NCBI GenBank assembly: GCA_964016885.1
Contig: OZ024741.1
Span: 399,652,001-399,716,000 of the forward strand
From: Eledone cirrhosa
Lineage: Eukaryota
Reading direction: 5' to 3'
Length of the DNA stretch: 64,000 nucleotides
The position numbers and the translations under genes are program-made. Below, one piece after another: positions 27,001-38,430 of the stretch (position 1 is its first letter; each line of letters starts with the position of its first letter). The notes under the pieces were generated by a model that made no database searches, was not told the DNA's origin, and saw nothing but the letters and a program-made list of their open reading frames with translations.

Positions 27001-28394
27001 TTCTACAGTTGGTTGACCAGTTGTTGGTACAGCTGCGACTGTTGTTTTAGGGGTACTTTCTACAGTTGGTTTGCCAGTTGTTGGTACAGCTGTGGCTGTT
27101 GATTTAGGGGTACTTTCTACAGTTGGTTGACCAGTTGTTGGTGAAGATGTCACTGTTGTTTTAGGGGTACTTTCTACAGTTGGTTGACCAGTTGTTGGTG
27201 AAGATGTCACTGTTGTTTTAGGGGTACTTTCTACAGTTGGTTGACCAGTTGTTGGTACAGCTGTGACTGTTGTTTTAGAGGTACTTTCTACAGTTGGTTG
27301 ACCAGTTGTTGGTACAGCTGTGGCTGTTGGTTTAGGTGTACTTTCTACAGTTGGTTGACCAGTTGTTGGTACAGCTGTGGCTGTTGTTTTAGGGGTACTT
27401 TCTACAGTTGGTTGACCAGTTGTTGGTACAGCTGTGGCTGTTGGTTTAGGTGTACTTTCTACAGTTGGTTGACCAGTTGTTGGTACAGCTGTGGCTGTTG
27501 TTTTAGGGGTACTTTCTAAAGTTGGTTGACCAGTTGTTGGTACAGCTGTGACTGTTGTTTTAGGGGTACTTTCTACAGTTGGTTGACCAGTTGTTGGTAC
27601 AGCTGTGGCTGTTGTTTTAGGTGTACTTTCTACAGTTGGTTGACCAGTTGTTGGTACAGCTGTGGCTGTTGTTTTAGGGGTACTTTCTACAGTTGGTTGA
27701 CCAGTTGTTGGTACAGCTGTGGCTGTTGTTTTAGGTGTACTTTCTACAGTTGGTTGACCAGTTGTTGGTACAGCTGTGGCTGTTGTTTTAGGTGTACTTT
27801 CTACAGTTGGTTGACCAGTTGTTGGTACAGCTGTGGCTGTTGTTTTAGGGGTACTTTCTACAGTTGGTTGACTAGTTGTTGGTACAGCTGTGGCTGTTGG
27901 TTTTGTGGTACTTTTAACTGTAGAAGTTGTTGTTACTGGTGGTACTGCTGATGTTGTTACTACTGATGGTGCAGCTGTTGTTGTTGTTACTGGTACAGCT
28001 GTTGTTTCAGCAGGTGTTGCAGCTGTTGTTTGTGCTGACAGTGCAGTTGCTGTTGATGGTGCAGCTGTTGTTGAAGGTGCAGTTGTTGTTTTGGGTGTAC
28101 TTTCTATAGTTGGTTGACCAGTTGTTGTTACAGCTGTTGCTGTTGTTTTAGGGGTACTTTCTACAGTTGGTTGACCAGTTGTTGGTATCATTGTTACAGT
28201 AGATGCCTCTGTTGTTGCTGCAGTTGTTGTTGGAGTACCTGTTGTTGGTGCAGCAGTTGTTGGTGCTAGCGTCGTTGTTGCAGTTGTTGGTGCTAACGTC
28301 GTTGTTGCAGTTGTTGTTACTGCTGATGGTGCAGCTGTTGTTGTTGTTGGTAGCACAACTGTTGTTACTTCCCTGGTCACTGCTGTAGTTGAAA
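24048..28394 (-). CDS. Mucin exon H: giant PTS (O-glycosylation) exon, 4347 nt
   Basis: Lies inside ORF 23566..28482. Acceptor tattttgatag|TTTCA, donor TCAG|gtattt; phase 1-1. Thr/Ala/Pro/Ser/Val-rich and Cys-free. Confidence 0.9.
25720..27910 (-). repeat. Coding VNTR, 57-bp / 19-aa unit (TATAVPTTGQPTVESTPKT), ~38 copies, plus 2 near 28090-28190
   Basis: Direct periodicity in DNA and translation. Confidence 0.92.
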
Positions 28395-28434
28395 CTATCA
28401 AAATACAAATAGTCATGTGATAAATATATTTCAA

Positions 28435-28765
28435 GACTTCGAAATACAATAGAGTCACTACTTCTCCAAATTGAGACATCACAGCTCCGACACTATGGAC
28501 ATGTGATTAGAATGTCTCAGGAAAAAATCGCTGGACAAATTTTATGGGCAAAACTAACCGGCAAGAGACCCAGGGGTAGACCCCGAGCAAGATGGTAGGT
28601 TAACGTCCATGGGTTTGGCTGGATCAACCATCCCTAACTGTCAGATTCCCACTTGGGGATCCAGCTGGATCAGTTAGGGATGGTTGCTTCTGACAGGATC
28701 CCCTGGAAAAAGTATTTGAGGACTCTACCCACATGACCTTCTCAGGAAGAAGAAGAAGGAGGTGG
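28435..28765 (+). mobile_element. 3' fragment of a further RTE-like LINE with (gaa)n tail; relatives at 34130-34440 (-) and 59705-59922 (+)
   Basis: Translates SQLRHYGHVIRMSQEKIAGQILWAKLTGKRPRGRPRARW. Confidence 0.75.
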
Positions 28766-29812
28766 AGGATAAAAAAAAGACAAACAACCACAAAATCACA
28801 ACAACAAGGAAACTATTGAATATATATCAGAATGTAGTTTGTTTGAAGCCTTGTCTATAGTATAAAATATTTCTAATGTCAAGTGATGTTGGCATTAAAG
28901 AAATCCTTACATCAGATTTATCATCAATATTTACCATTTTTTAAAGACTAAAGGTATATGTTATAGAGAACAGATAGAGTGAAATTCACAGGGTATAAAA
29001 AAAATTGTTGTAATGAAAAATTCTTTATAACGAGATCGACCAAAACACATCGAGCATGTGGCTGGGGATTGAAAAAAAAATTTGTTACAATGGTATTCCT
29101 TATAACGGAATTTTACCTGTATAAAACTGTTTACATAAATCTATGTTAGAATTACTGAGAAATATTTCTTCTAAAGTGACATTAATAGCAACATTTCTAT
29201 ATTTCACTCTCTGGAATATGTACAAGATGATTTTGGGAGGGCACTTGGTTGTGCCAGAGCATTAGCTTCGCCATCACCCGAGGCAATGCTGTGAGTGTGC
29301 TGGCTTGCCTCAAGAATCATTAGAGAGGTTTCCCGGTACTCCTCGTGACATTGCTGTCTTTTGCTCTGGTGTTGGCTCAGTTGTTCACCCCTTCCTTTGC
29401 ATTTTATTTAATATTGTAACATTCCAATTTGACTTGGACAAATTTACAAAGGAGTTTGCAGCATTTTCAAGCATTGACAAAGATGACAGTTGATGAAAAT
29501 ATGGCTGTAGAAATATTTCCAACAATATAAATGATGATGATGAAAAGAATATATAATGAGGGAAGAAAATATTATGGAAAATTAATTTTGTGAGAACCAG
29601 ATTAATTGTGAAATAGGTTTGGAAAGTATTGATAATGTAGAAAATGATATGTTTAAAAAGGCCAGTCCATCATAGGATTAAATTCCCAGCTATTGCTGGT
29701 ACTTATTTTCAGTTGAATTTACTGCAGATCTGCCAACATCTAAAAACTCTAACTCAAAGTACCATGAAACTAAGTACCCCAAATCAGACAACATGGGGAG
29801 ATTCTACATAAT

Positions 29813-29998
29813 TGTTTCTACTTTTTTGCACAAGGCCAGCAATTATCTCAGTGTATTACTGGTACTTTATTTTATCGACCCCGTAAGGATGAAAGGCAAA
29901 GTTAATCTCGGCAGGATTTGAACTCAGACCATAAAGGGACGTAACTCTTTGCGGCAAAGCATAGCGTCCGACCCTCTACTGATACTGCCAATCCACCG
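29813..29998 (-). mobile_element. SINE family A copy
   Basis: Family match; 8-bp TSD tacataat. Confidence 0.8.
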
Positions 29999-30317
29999 TA
30001 CATAATGAAAGCTATACCCATTTTCACAAGAGAAGATATCTCTCACCCACCCCAAACTGGGTAGGAGATCTCCCCATCGGACAGGGAGAGTTGACAGCTC
30101 TGTTACTGGTGCAACATGAGATGACGTATTTTGCACAAGAACACAACACACAACCCAGTCAAGGAATCAAATCTATGATATTATGATCATAAGCCCAACA
30201 TCCTTACCACTATGCACCTCCACAATATCAAAGCAGCAAATATAGATATAAGTAGAAATGTCCATTAGTGATACATGTAAGGAAGCATCTATAAACAGAT
30301 AATTCTATAAGCCTTAC

Positions 30318-30764
30318 CTTCTGTCAGATTAAAACAAGCTTTCACTTGCAGCCAGACTAGATAGTCTTCTGGTTTATTTACTCCTACAACACGGGGAGAT
30401 TCCAATATAACTTTCACAGCCGTTGCTTTTGGATAGCTGTTCAGTATAAGTGGTGCAGAAATGTTGGTGCCTCCCATTATTTTATGGAATTTCAAAGAGC
30501 CAGGTATTTGCACAAGAACTGTAACTCTTTCTACTGAGCCCAAGAAAACAACCTCAAGAAGTTCAACACCTTCAGGTTTATCAGTGAGTTTTATAGTGAC
30601 ACTCGGTTTGGGTTCTGAAGAAGATTTTGGTACTGGAACCCTCCATCCAGATAAGCTTGGTCTTATACTTGAAACAGGAGAATCTGGTGTGTCAGGACTT
30701 GATGATATGAAGGAATCAGGGATGATACTTATGTCATTCATACCTTCTCTGACCTCACAAGGTG
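30318..30764 (-). CDS. Mucin exon G: 149-aa discoidin-like module, copy 3
   Basis: ctcttttcag|CACC ... GAAG|gtaagg; 447 nt, phase 1-1. Confidence 0.9.
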
Positions 30765-30872
30765 CTGAAAAGAGAAATTATATATATTGTGTTATCCCAG
30801 CAGTACAAAAGTTGTTAAAACAGCAGATTAACTCCTCTGAATCAACAGCCATCCACCCCAACTATGGGTTAA

Positions 30873-31080
30873 CCGTTTAGCATTTACATTACTCTATATT
30901 TACTATTGTATTTTATTGGTAGAGACTTTACCTCATATAATATCAAATCTATGAGATTTTGATATTACTTATTTTGAGAACAATACCTTAACGTCAGTAT
31001 GAGCATCTGGTTACAGCCAGTTTGAGAAGAAAGTGGTGAGAGAATTCTGGCCGGATACGGCTGGATTAAATGTTAAAGGG
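30873..31080 (-). mobile_element. piggyBac-type MITE copy
   Basis: TTAA flanks; slightly decayed TIRs. Confidence 0.8.
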
Positions 31081-32510
31081 TTAAATAGCCTTACCAACTC
31101 TCAATTGTTAAAGTGGCTACACTCCTGAAGATATGACCAACCCAAACTGGTGGAGGTCAACCAGGGAGGAAGAAGGCCCTGGATTTGGCATGTTATGAAA
31201 TGTATGTATCATCCTTATAATAAAAGTTTTATATCGAATGACACATGTATTTGATAGACCAAATAGTATATATTTGAGGTGTTATTTATATAATGTACAA
31301 AATCATTTCGTTTAAATAACATCTTGTCATATAGATTAGTATATATTTTATTATCCCATTGCTAGCAAGGCGGAGAATTGACAGAGTCATTAGGACATCA
31401 GATAGAATGCTTTGCAGTATTTGTTTCAGCTTTCTGCATTCAATTTAAATCTCGCCAAGGTCAACTTTGCCTTTCATCCATTTGAGGTCGATAAAAAATG
31501 TACCAGTCAAGTACTGGGTTGATTCTTCCTCTATTATCTCTTCCTCACTTCCTTTCTCTGACTTTCTATACTTCTCTGGAAGAAATCTACTTTAATCAGA
31601 CCCGGAGAAAGGGTGGGCTTTGCCAGGTTTTAAAAAAGGCTCTACAAAATGCCATATGTCAATATGTCAATGAAACCTCTGTACCATACCATAACATTGC
31701 TAGGAACAAAAAATTGAGTTGTTTATTTTAAAATTTCATGAAATTTTTAAACTATTTTTTTTATTGGAATTCATCCAGTTCATAATGGTTTCTAGCAACT
31801 AATTGACAATCACTTGAATTCAAACATTTAAAAGACATACATGTTGTTTCAAAAACTTAGATATCATTTCAGATGTTAAAAGATTTGTCGATCAACTTTC
31901 GTCAAATCAGACCGAGGAAACAATGTTTCCGTTGGTCTTTCCAATTGCTAATACTAACTATCGGTCGCAACTCCAGGTAGAAGGAGCAATGTGAAATAAA
32001 GTGTCTTGCTCAAGGACATAACACATCGCCTGGTCCAGTAATCGAACCGACAACCTGATGTTTGCGAATCCAGTTCTCTAATCAATCAGCCACATGCCTT
32101 CACAGATGTAAATATCCCCGAAATTACAAAGTCTAGGTCGAGACTAAGCAGGATTAATGTTGAACAACAAGATTTGTTCCTCAAAATTTATCAACTTAAA
32201 CCTTGTGGTTTGGGGCTGATTGTCATGAATTTATGGTTGTTTTGTTTGTTGTATTTTCTTCTTTCTTTTTCTTTTCCTCTCACTTTGATCTTATATTTTT
32301 GTGTATTATATTTGTGAGGTGTTTCTAGCAATAATTAATTGCATTTATTATATGTGTTTATATTTTGTATTTATATTTTCATTCTGTAAGAATTATAAAC
32401 CATTTGTAATGTTATAATAATTAAAAAAATTACATTATAACACTAATTTACAATATACAGTGGCAGTTTCTGGGATATTTACATCTCAAATGATATCTAT
32501 TTTTCTTTAA

Positions 32511-32735
32511 CCCTTTAGCATTTACATTACTCTATATTTACTATCGTATTTTCGCAGTAAAGGCTTTATGTCACAATTATCTGATATAATATCAAAGGTA
32601 CAAGATTTTGAGGATGTTTTTTTTTATTTTGAGAACAATATCATAATATTGATATATGCGACCAGTTATGGTCGGTTTGAACAGGAAGAAGTGAGAGAAT
32701 TCTGGCTGGATACAGCCAGTTTAAATGCTAAAGGG
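32511..32735 (-). mobile_element. piggyBac-type MITE copy
   Basis: TTAA|CCCTTTAGC...GCTAAAGGG|TTAA. Confidence 0.85.
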
Positions 32736-32739
32736 TTAA

Positions 32740-33406
32740 CCCTTTAGCATTTAAACTGGTCATATTTGGCCACTACAGCTGTAGTGGAGTCTGTGCTGCT
32801 GTACGTGTCTGAGACTTGGACACTGACCAAGAAACTCACTCAGATGGTGGATGGGTGCTACACGAGAATGCTGAGGATGGCTCTGAACATTAATCAGTAT
32901 ACACTGAGGATGAAAAACTTAGAGCTGTACGGGAGCCTCCCAAAAGTCAGCTCAAAAGTAACACAGAGGAGACTGAGGTTAGTTGGACATGCTCATCGAC
33001 ATCCAGAGTTAACACTGCACTCAGTGTTCCTGTGGGAGCCCCTACATGGACACACTGGAAGAGGAAGACCAAGGTTGACGTATGTTGATGCCCTAAGGAC
33101 AGACACTGGTCTCTTGGAGATGCAGGACATGGCAGCGATAATGAGGGACAGAGACCGTTGGAGAGAACTCGTTCATGGATCTCGGGAATTTTACACGCCC
33201 TAGAGATATCTGGCCAGAATTCTCTCACCTCTTTCTTTTCAAACTGGCTGTATTTGGCTGCTCATACTGATGTTAAGGTATTGTTCTCAAAATAAATAAC
33301 ATCAAAATCTTGTAGATTCGATATTATGTCAGATAATTATGTAAGATAAAGTGTTTTCCACAAAAATACGATAATATATATATAGAGTAATGTAAATGCT
33401 AAAGGG
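32740..33406 (+). mobile_element. piggyBac-type MITE interrupted by a LINE 3' fragment (32773-33205)
   Basis: Shares the TTAA at 32736-32739 with the neighbouring copy. The insert encodes ESVLLYVSETW...RRLRLVGH...GRGRP (RTE-like C-terminus); TSD atat(t/c)tggcca. Confidence 0.85.
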
Positions 33407-33431
33407 TTAAATACCCTGTATTTCTATTTAC

Positions 33432-33527
33432 CTGAGGTCGTTACCGGTTTAGTTACAACACTTGTACCCACAGGTGTTGTTGTTACAGCAGTTTCAAATG
33501 GAGTTGTTATAATTGGTGTTGTAGTTG
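33432..33527 (-). CDS. Mucin exon F: PTS linker, paralogous to exon C
   Basis: ttatcacatcag|CAACT ... TCAG|gtaaat; 96 nt, phase 1-1; ATTTPIITTPFETAVTTTPVGTSVVTKPVTTS. Confidence 0.75.
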
Positions 33528-33784
33528 CTGATGTGATAACAGTGAAGAATAATAATACATGATTAGTATAGTAATTAAATCATATTTTGTTATCAGAAAT
33601 ATGCAGTGAATTGAACAGGACATGGATATGGGATAAATAACTTATGTCTGACATTCTTCCTCAGTTTGATAGACAGAGGTAAGTGTGAAGAAGGGTGAAA
33701 ATTATAAGGAATATTAGGGGAGTGGTAAATGGAAAGTGGATTCTGTCCTACAAAATATCTGGACCATTGGTTATTAGAACATCT

Positions 33785-34115
33785 GACTGATAAAATGACA
33801 AGTCAGTCAATCATATTGGTGGCCTCCCCACAGCCCCGGTGGACAGAATGGAGAAGGCGTTTCCCTGGAGGATGGCAAGGGAGATGCGCTGGTAAAGCCA
33901 TTCCAGCTCACGAGGCTCACACCTGCGGCTGGTCAGCTCAGTACCGATGGTGGTGTGTAGAGAGGTAGCTCTAGGGCCGAGAACACAAGAAGTCTCCACT
34001 GCCAAGAGTACAACCACAAACCTGTTGGAGAGCGACCGGTATTTGAAGAGTTTGGCCTCCTCAGCCCGATGTGCAGCAGAACCTGGGTTAGTCACAGACT
34101 GCACCAGGTTGCAGC
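33785..34115 (-). mobile_element. CRE-like (restriction-like endonuclease clade) non-LTR 3' fragment; degenerate relatives at 34596-34770 (+) and 34990-35170 (-)
   Basis: AEEAKLFKYRSL..RF...AVETS..LGP...WLYQRISLAILQGNAFSIL resembles CRE-clade C-termini (from recall). Confidence 0.6.
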
Positions 34116-35239
34116 TAAAGCATTTGTGAACAATTCTCTTCTCTTCATCTTCTTTGTCCACTTATTCCTGAGAGGGTTGTGGGAACAGAGTCCTGAAACA
34201 CCCCTTCCAACAGGTCCTCTCAGAAGTAACCATCTCCAACTGATCCGGCTGGATACCCAAGCAGGACCAGCAAGCTCATGAATGTTATCCAACCATATTA
34301 CTCAGGATCTACCCCTGGGTCTCCTGCCAGTTGGTTTTGCTAGTAAAATCTGTCCAGCAATTCTTTCCTGAGACATTCTACGCACATGCTTATAGTATCA
34401 GAGCTGTAGTGGCTCCCCCTGGAGTGACTCTCTGATTCCCAAGCTATGCACTTTATTGAATAATGTTACTCCAGAGACCCTTCAGAGGAACCCCATTATG
34501 ATATTGTTTATCATAAAACAAAAACAACTTTGAAAAATTGTTTTTTTTTTTAGTTTAACTTTTGTTATATTTTACAAAGCTGTTTATACAAAAACATGGA
34601 GACCTCTGGCATTCTTGGCCACCATACCACATCCCTACACACTGCTACCGGGCCGGAGATGGCTACATGCAGGTGTGAGTCCCGCAAGGTGAAGTGGCTG
34701 TTTCAGCATGTCTCCCTGACTGTCCTCGAGGGTAATATATTCTCCCTCCTATCGACCGGGACCCAGAGGTGTAGGGCAAGTTAATAGGTGATGGAGGATA
34801 CTTGTTCAGACGTTACTTCAACAACTAAAATATAATTACACAAGGGAGATAACTACATTGTCAAAAATGAAGTTAAATACACTATTAAAGGGAAGAAAAA
34901 GAAAGAAAGGAAATGAAAAGAAAAAAAAACGAATCAAGCAATGAAAGAGAGGGTGAGGGACAGACAATACACCTCAGTCTGAGTGGTGCTTTGGTTGTAC
35001 CCTCCAGACAAAATAGCAAAGGTGTTACTGAAGAGAATGGCCAAAGCCACCCACTGCAACAGCCACCCCATCTCACAAGGCACCCTCCTCAAGCAGGCCA
35101 CTGTCTTTTCAATGTTACAGAGGACATCAGTAGTATGGGGACCAAGGACACCAGAGGTCTTGACCTGGTGCAAAGGAGAAACGGTCAGTCAGGTCCCAGC
35201 ATTATTAATCAAGATAGTTCTTAAACATAATGTGAAATA

Positions 35240-35605
35240 TGTGTGTGTGACAGCTCACACCTTTGTGTGTGTATGTGACAGCTCACACCTGTGTGTGTGT
35301 GACAGCTCTCACCTATGTGTGTGTGTATGTGTGTGTGACAGCTCATACCTATGTGTGTGTGTGTGTATGTGTGACAGCTCACACCTATGTCTGCGTGTGT
35401 ATGTGTGTGTGTGACAGCTCACACCTGTGTGTGTGTGTGTGTGACAGCTCACCTTTGTGTGTGTGTGACAGCTCACACCCGTGGGTGTGTGTGTGTGTGT
35501 GACAGCTCTCATCTGTGTGTGTGTGTGTGTGTGTGTGTGAGACAGCTCATACCTATATGTGTGACAGCTCACACCTATGTGTGTGTGTGACAACTCACAC
35601 CTATG
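35240..35605. repeat. Variable-length (GT)n-gacagctcacacct minisatellite
   Basis: Seen directly. Confidence 0.9.
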
Positions 35606-35659
35606 CTGGTTTAGCTGGCCTCCTCCAAGGTATATTTTGTTGGGGGTGTCTTGGGTGAT

Positions 35660-35832
35660 TTAATGATAGAGACCCCAGTCCTATCATCTCATTTCTACAC
35701 GTGAGTAAACTGGAGCAACGAGAAATAAAGTGTCTTGCTCAAGGAAACAACACATCACCAGGTCTGAGAATTGAACTCACAACCTTTCGATTGCAAGCCC
35801 AATGCTCTAACCACTAAGCCATGTGCCTTCAC
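35660..35832 (-). mobile_element. SINE family B head and CORE
   Basis: Matches the reverse complement of 60579-60745. Confidence 0.8.
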
Positions 35833-36577
35833 AATGTGAGATATAGTTGGTCAAGATTGAACAACAGAACCTTCTAGCTACTTTACATCTTCCCTTGCTT
35901 TCTATTTTTTCTTTATCATTATTTTATGCTTATTTTGCTCCCATTGGCCTTTCCTATTTATATTTTAATTATTGTATTTCATTATTGTGGATTGGCAGTG
36001 TCAGTAGAGCGCCAGACATGCTTTGTAGCATAGAGTTACAATCTGAGTTCAAATCCTGCTGAGCCCTTTACAATCTGAGTTCAAATCCTGCTGAGGTTGA
36101 CTTTGCCTTTCATCCTTACAGGGTCGATAAAATAAAGTACCAGTAATACACTGAGGTAATTTACTAAGTACCATTAAAGCACTGGGGTTGATTCAATCGA
36201 TTTTCTCCTCCAAAAACATTGTTGTATTTGTTTCTAAACCAGAAACCATTATTTTTAATTCTTATCCCGCCGAGGTTAACTTTGCCTTTCATCCTTACGG
36301 GGTCTATGTAAAGTCTAAGTCTGTAATAAGCTAGGAGGCTCCTTGGGCTGGTGCTTATCCAAGGTTCCATGGCATGAAGTGACTGAGAGTATAAGACTAT
36401 CCCTTGGACAGGACCCCAGTCCACCGCAAGGTTAAAGTCTGTGTCAAGCCTGGAGGTTCATCCAGCTGGCGCTTATCCCAGTTTCTGTGGCCTGAAGCAA
36501 CTGAGGATATAAGACTCCCTGCTGGACAGGACATCAGTTAAACACATGGTAACCAGCCTATCTAACGACAGCAACAG

Positions 36578-37446
36578 TTGACTGATAAAATGACAAGTCA
36601 GTCAATCATATTGGTGGCCTCCCCACAGCCCCGGCAGACAGAATAGAGAAGGCGTTTCCCTGGAGGACGGCAAGGGAGATGCGCTGGAAAAGCCATTCCA
36701 ACTTGCAAGGTTCACACCTGCGGCTGGCCAGCTCAGCACCTATGGTGGTGAGTAGGGAGGTAGTCCTAGGGCCGAGGAGACCAGAAGTCTCCACTGCCAA
36801 GGGTACGACCGCAAACCTGTCGGAGAGCGACCGGTATTTGGAGAGTTTGGCCTCCTCAGCCCGACGTGCAGCAGAACCTGGGTTAGTCGCAGACTGCACC
36901 GGGTTGCAGCTGGGGAAAACACAGTGTTAAACCACCAGCTATTTCTACTGGTACTCATTTTCAGCTGAGTATACTGGAGCAATGTGAAATAAAGTGTTTT
37001 GCTATAGAACACAACACACAACCCAGTCCAGGAATTGAACCCACAATATTATGATCATAAGTGCAACACCCTAACCACTAGGCCACGTACCACCCAGTCC
37101 AGGAATCAAACCCACGACATTATGAACATAAGTCCAACACTCTTACCACTAGGCCACGTACCACCCAGTCCAGGAATCAAACCCACGACATTATGAACAT
37201 AAGTCCAACACCCTTACCACTAGGCCACGTACCACCCAGTCCAGGAATCAAACCCACGACATTATGAACATAAGTCCAACACCCTTACCACTAGGCCACG
37301 TACCACCCAGTCCAGGAATCAAACCCACGACATTATGAACATAAGTCCAACACCCTTACCACTAGGCCACGTACCACCCAGTCCAGGAATCAAACCCCTG
37401 ACATGATCGTAAGTCCAACACCCTTACCACTAGGCCATCTGCCTCC
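36578..37446 (-). mobile_element. Composite SINE-like element: six tandem 71-bp tRNA-like heads, CORE-like body and CRE-like 3' segment
   Basis: Heads at 37021-37446 (tggcctagtggtaagg...ggtttgattcc); CORE at 36950-37020; CRE-like frame at 36606-36899. Confidence 0.65.
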
Positions 37447-37608
37447 ATTTCTATATAAAATAAAATAAGTGAAATGCCTGCAACTAGCAGTAATAATGAT
37501 GTATTCCATTGTCAATCTCCTTAGAACAATCTTCACATGTTAATTAATGTTATTGAAATATTTAGTAACAAGGCAAATGTTCTGTTTAAGTGAATGTTTC
37601 AAACTTAC

Positions 37609-37650
37609 CACTTGTTACAGGACGAGTAGATGGAAGAACTGTAGCTGCAC
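37609..37650 (-). CDS. Mucin exon E: 42-nt PTS mini-exon
   Basis: tttcttcttttattag|GTGCA ... AGTG|gtaagt; phase 1-1; GAATVLPSTRPVTS. Confidence 0.7.
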
Positions 37651-37685
37651 CTAATAAAAGAAGAAATATTCCCTTTTATTTCACT

Positions 37686-38083
37686 TAACAGTCAGTAGGC
37701 ACCTCTTAACCAAATATACACCCCAATCCACTACCCCTACTCCATCCTCCCACTCCCACCAACACCACCCTCTGTCTGTAAATTTGGTACCACAACATCC
37801 AGTCCAAATAAATGAGATAATGAGATCGAGATCGTGTAGGTGTCACGACAAAAAAAAAAAACACACAGTCCACGCTGTAATGTGGCCGTGTAGGTAACAC
37901 GGCAAAAAGTTCCCAGTCCACACTGTAAATGTGGTTGGTGTTAGGAAGGGCATCCAGCTGTAGAAAACCTGGCAGATAGTCCTATACGAGCAAGACACGG
38001 TCACCCGACCAACCTTGCCTCAAATTGGGACAACTACCGTCTAACCCATGCTAGCGTGAAAGATAGACGTTAAACGATGATGA
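37686..38083 (+). mobile_element. RTE-B-related 3' UTR fragment
   Basis: Similar to 41563-42035. Confidence 0.75.
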
Positions 38084-38283
38084 ACATTGGACCACAGTCA
38101 AACATTCCTCACAAAGTCCCTCTACAATTCATGATTTTTCCATTACTCCTGGCAACTCTACCTTTCCCTATTAAGGTTTGTAACATATGAGAATTGATCG
38201 ATGAATGTTTGAATAGGTCTTCCTCTACCGTGTCTCCCGGCAGTTGGTTCCCACAATGTCATATATATATATGAATGATTTCA

Positions 38284-38334
38284 GGCTTCCTGATGATTTC
38301 TCCCAAATGAAACAGTTCTAGTCTTGTAGAAGTC
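38284..38334 (+). ncRNA. Minimal hammerhead-like motif within a TA-flanked ~150-bp element
   Basis: GGCUUC-CUGAUGA-[uuucucccaaau]-GAAA-CAG[uucuaguc]UUG-UA^-GAAGUC; stem II is weak. Confidence 0.4.
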
Positions 38335-38430
38335 TTTCTATATTAAATATTTATACTCAGCTTTGTATTGAGTACCTTACTTACTGTGGTTATCCCCGAT
38401 TGAACCCGGGATAAACTTATATATATATAT

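Noticed and set aside
28395-28482. Met start and hydrophobic 'signal peptide' of the 1638-aa ORF
   Set aside because: Lies upstream of a good phase-1 acceptor and overlaps an antisense LINE fragment; intronic.
37021-37446. tRNA gene cluster
   Set aside because: Units are SINE heads attached to a CORE body; no convincing cloverleaf.
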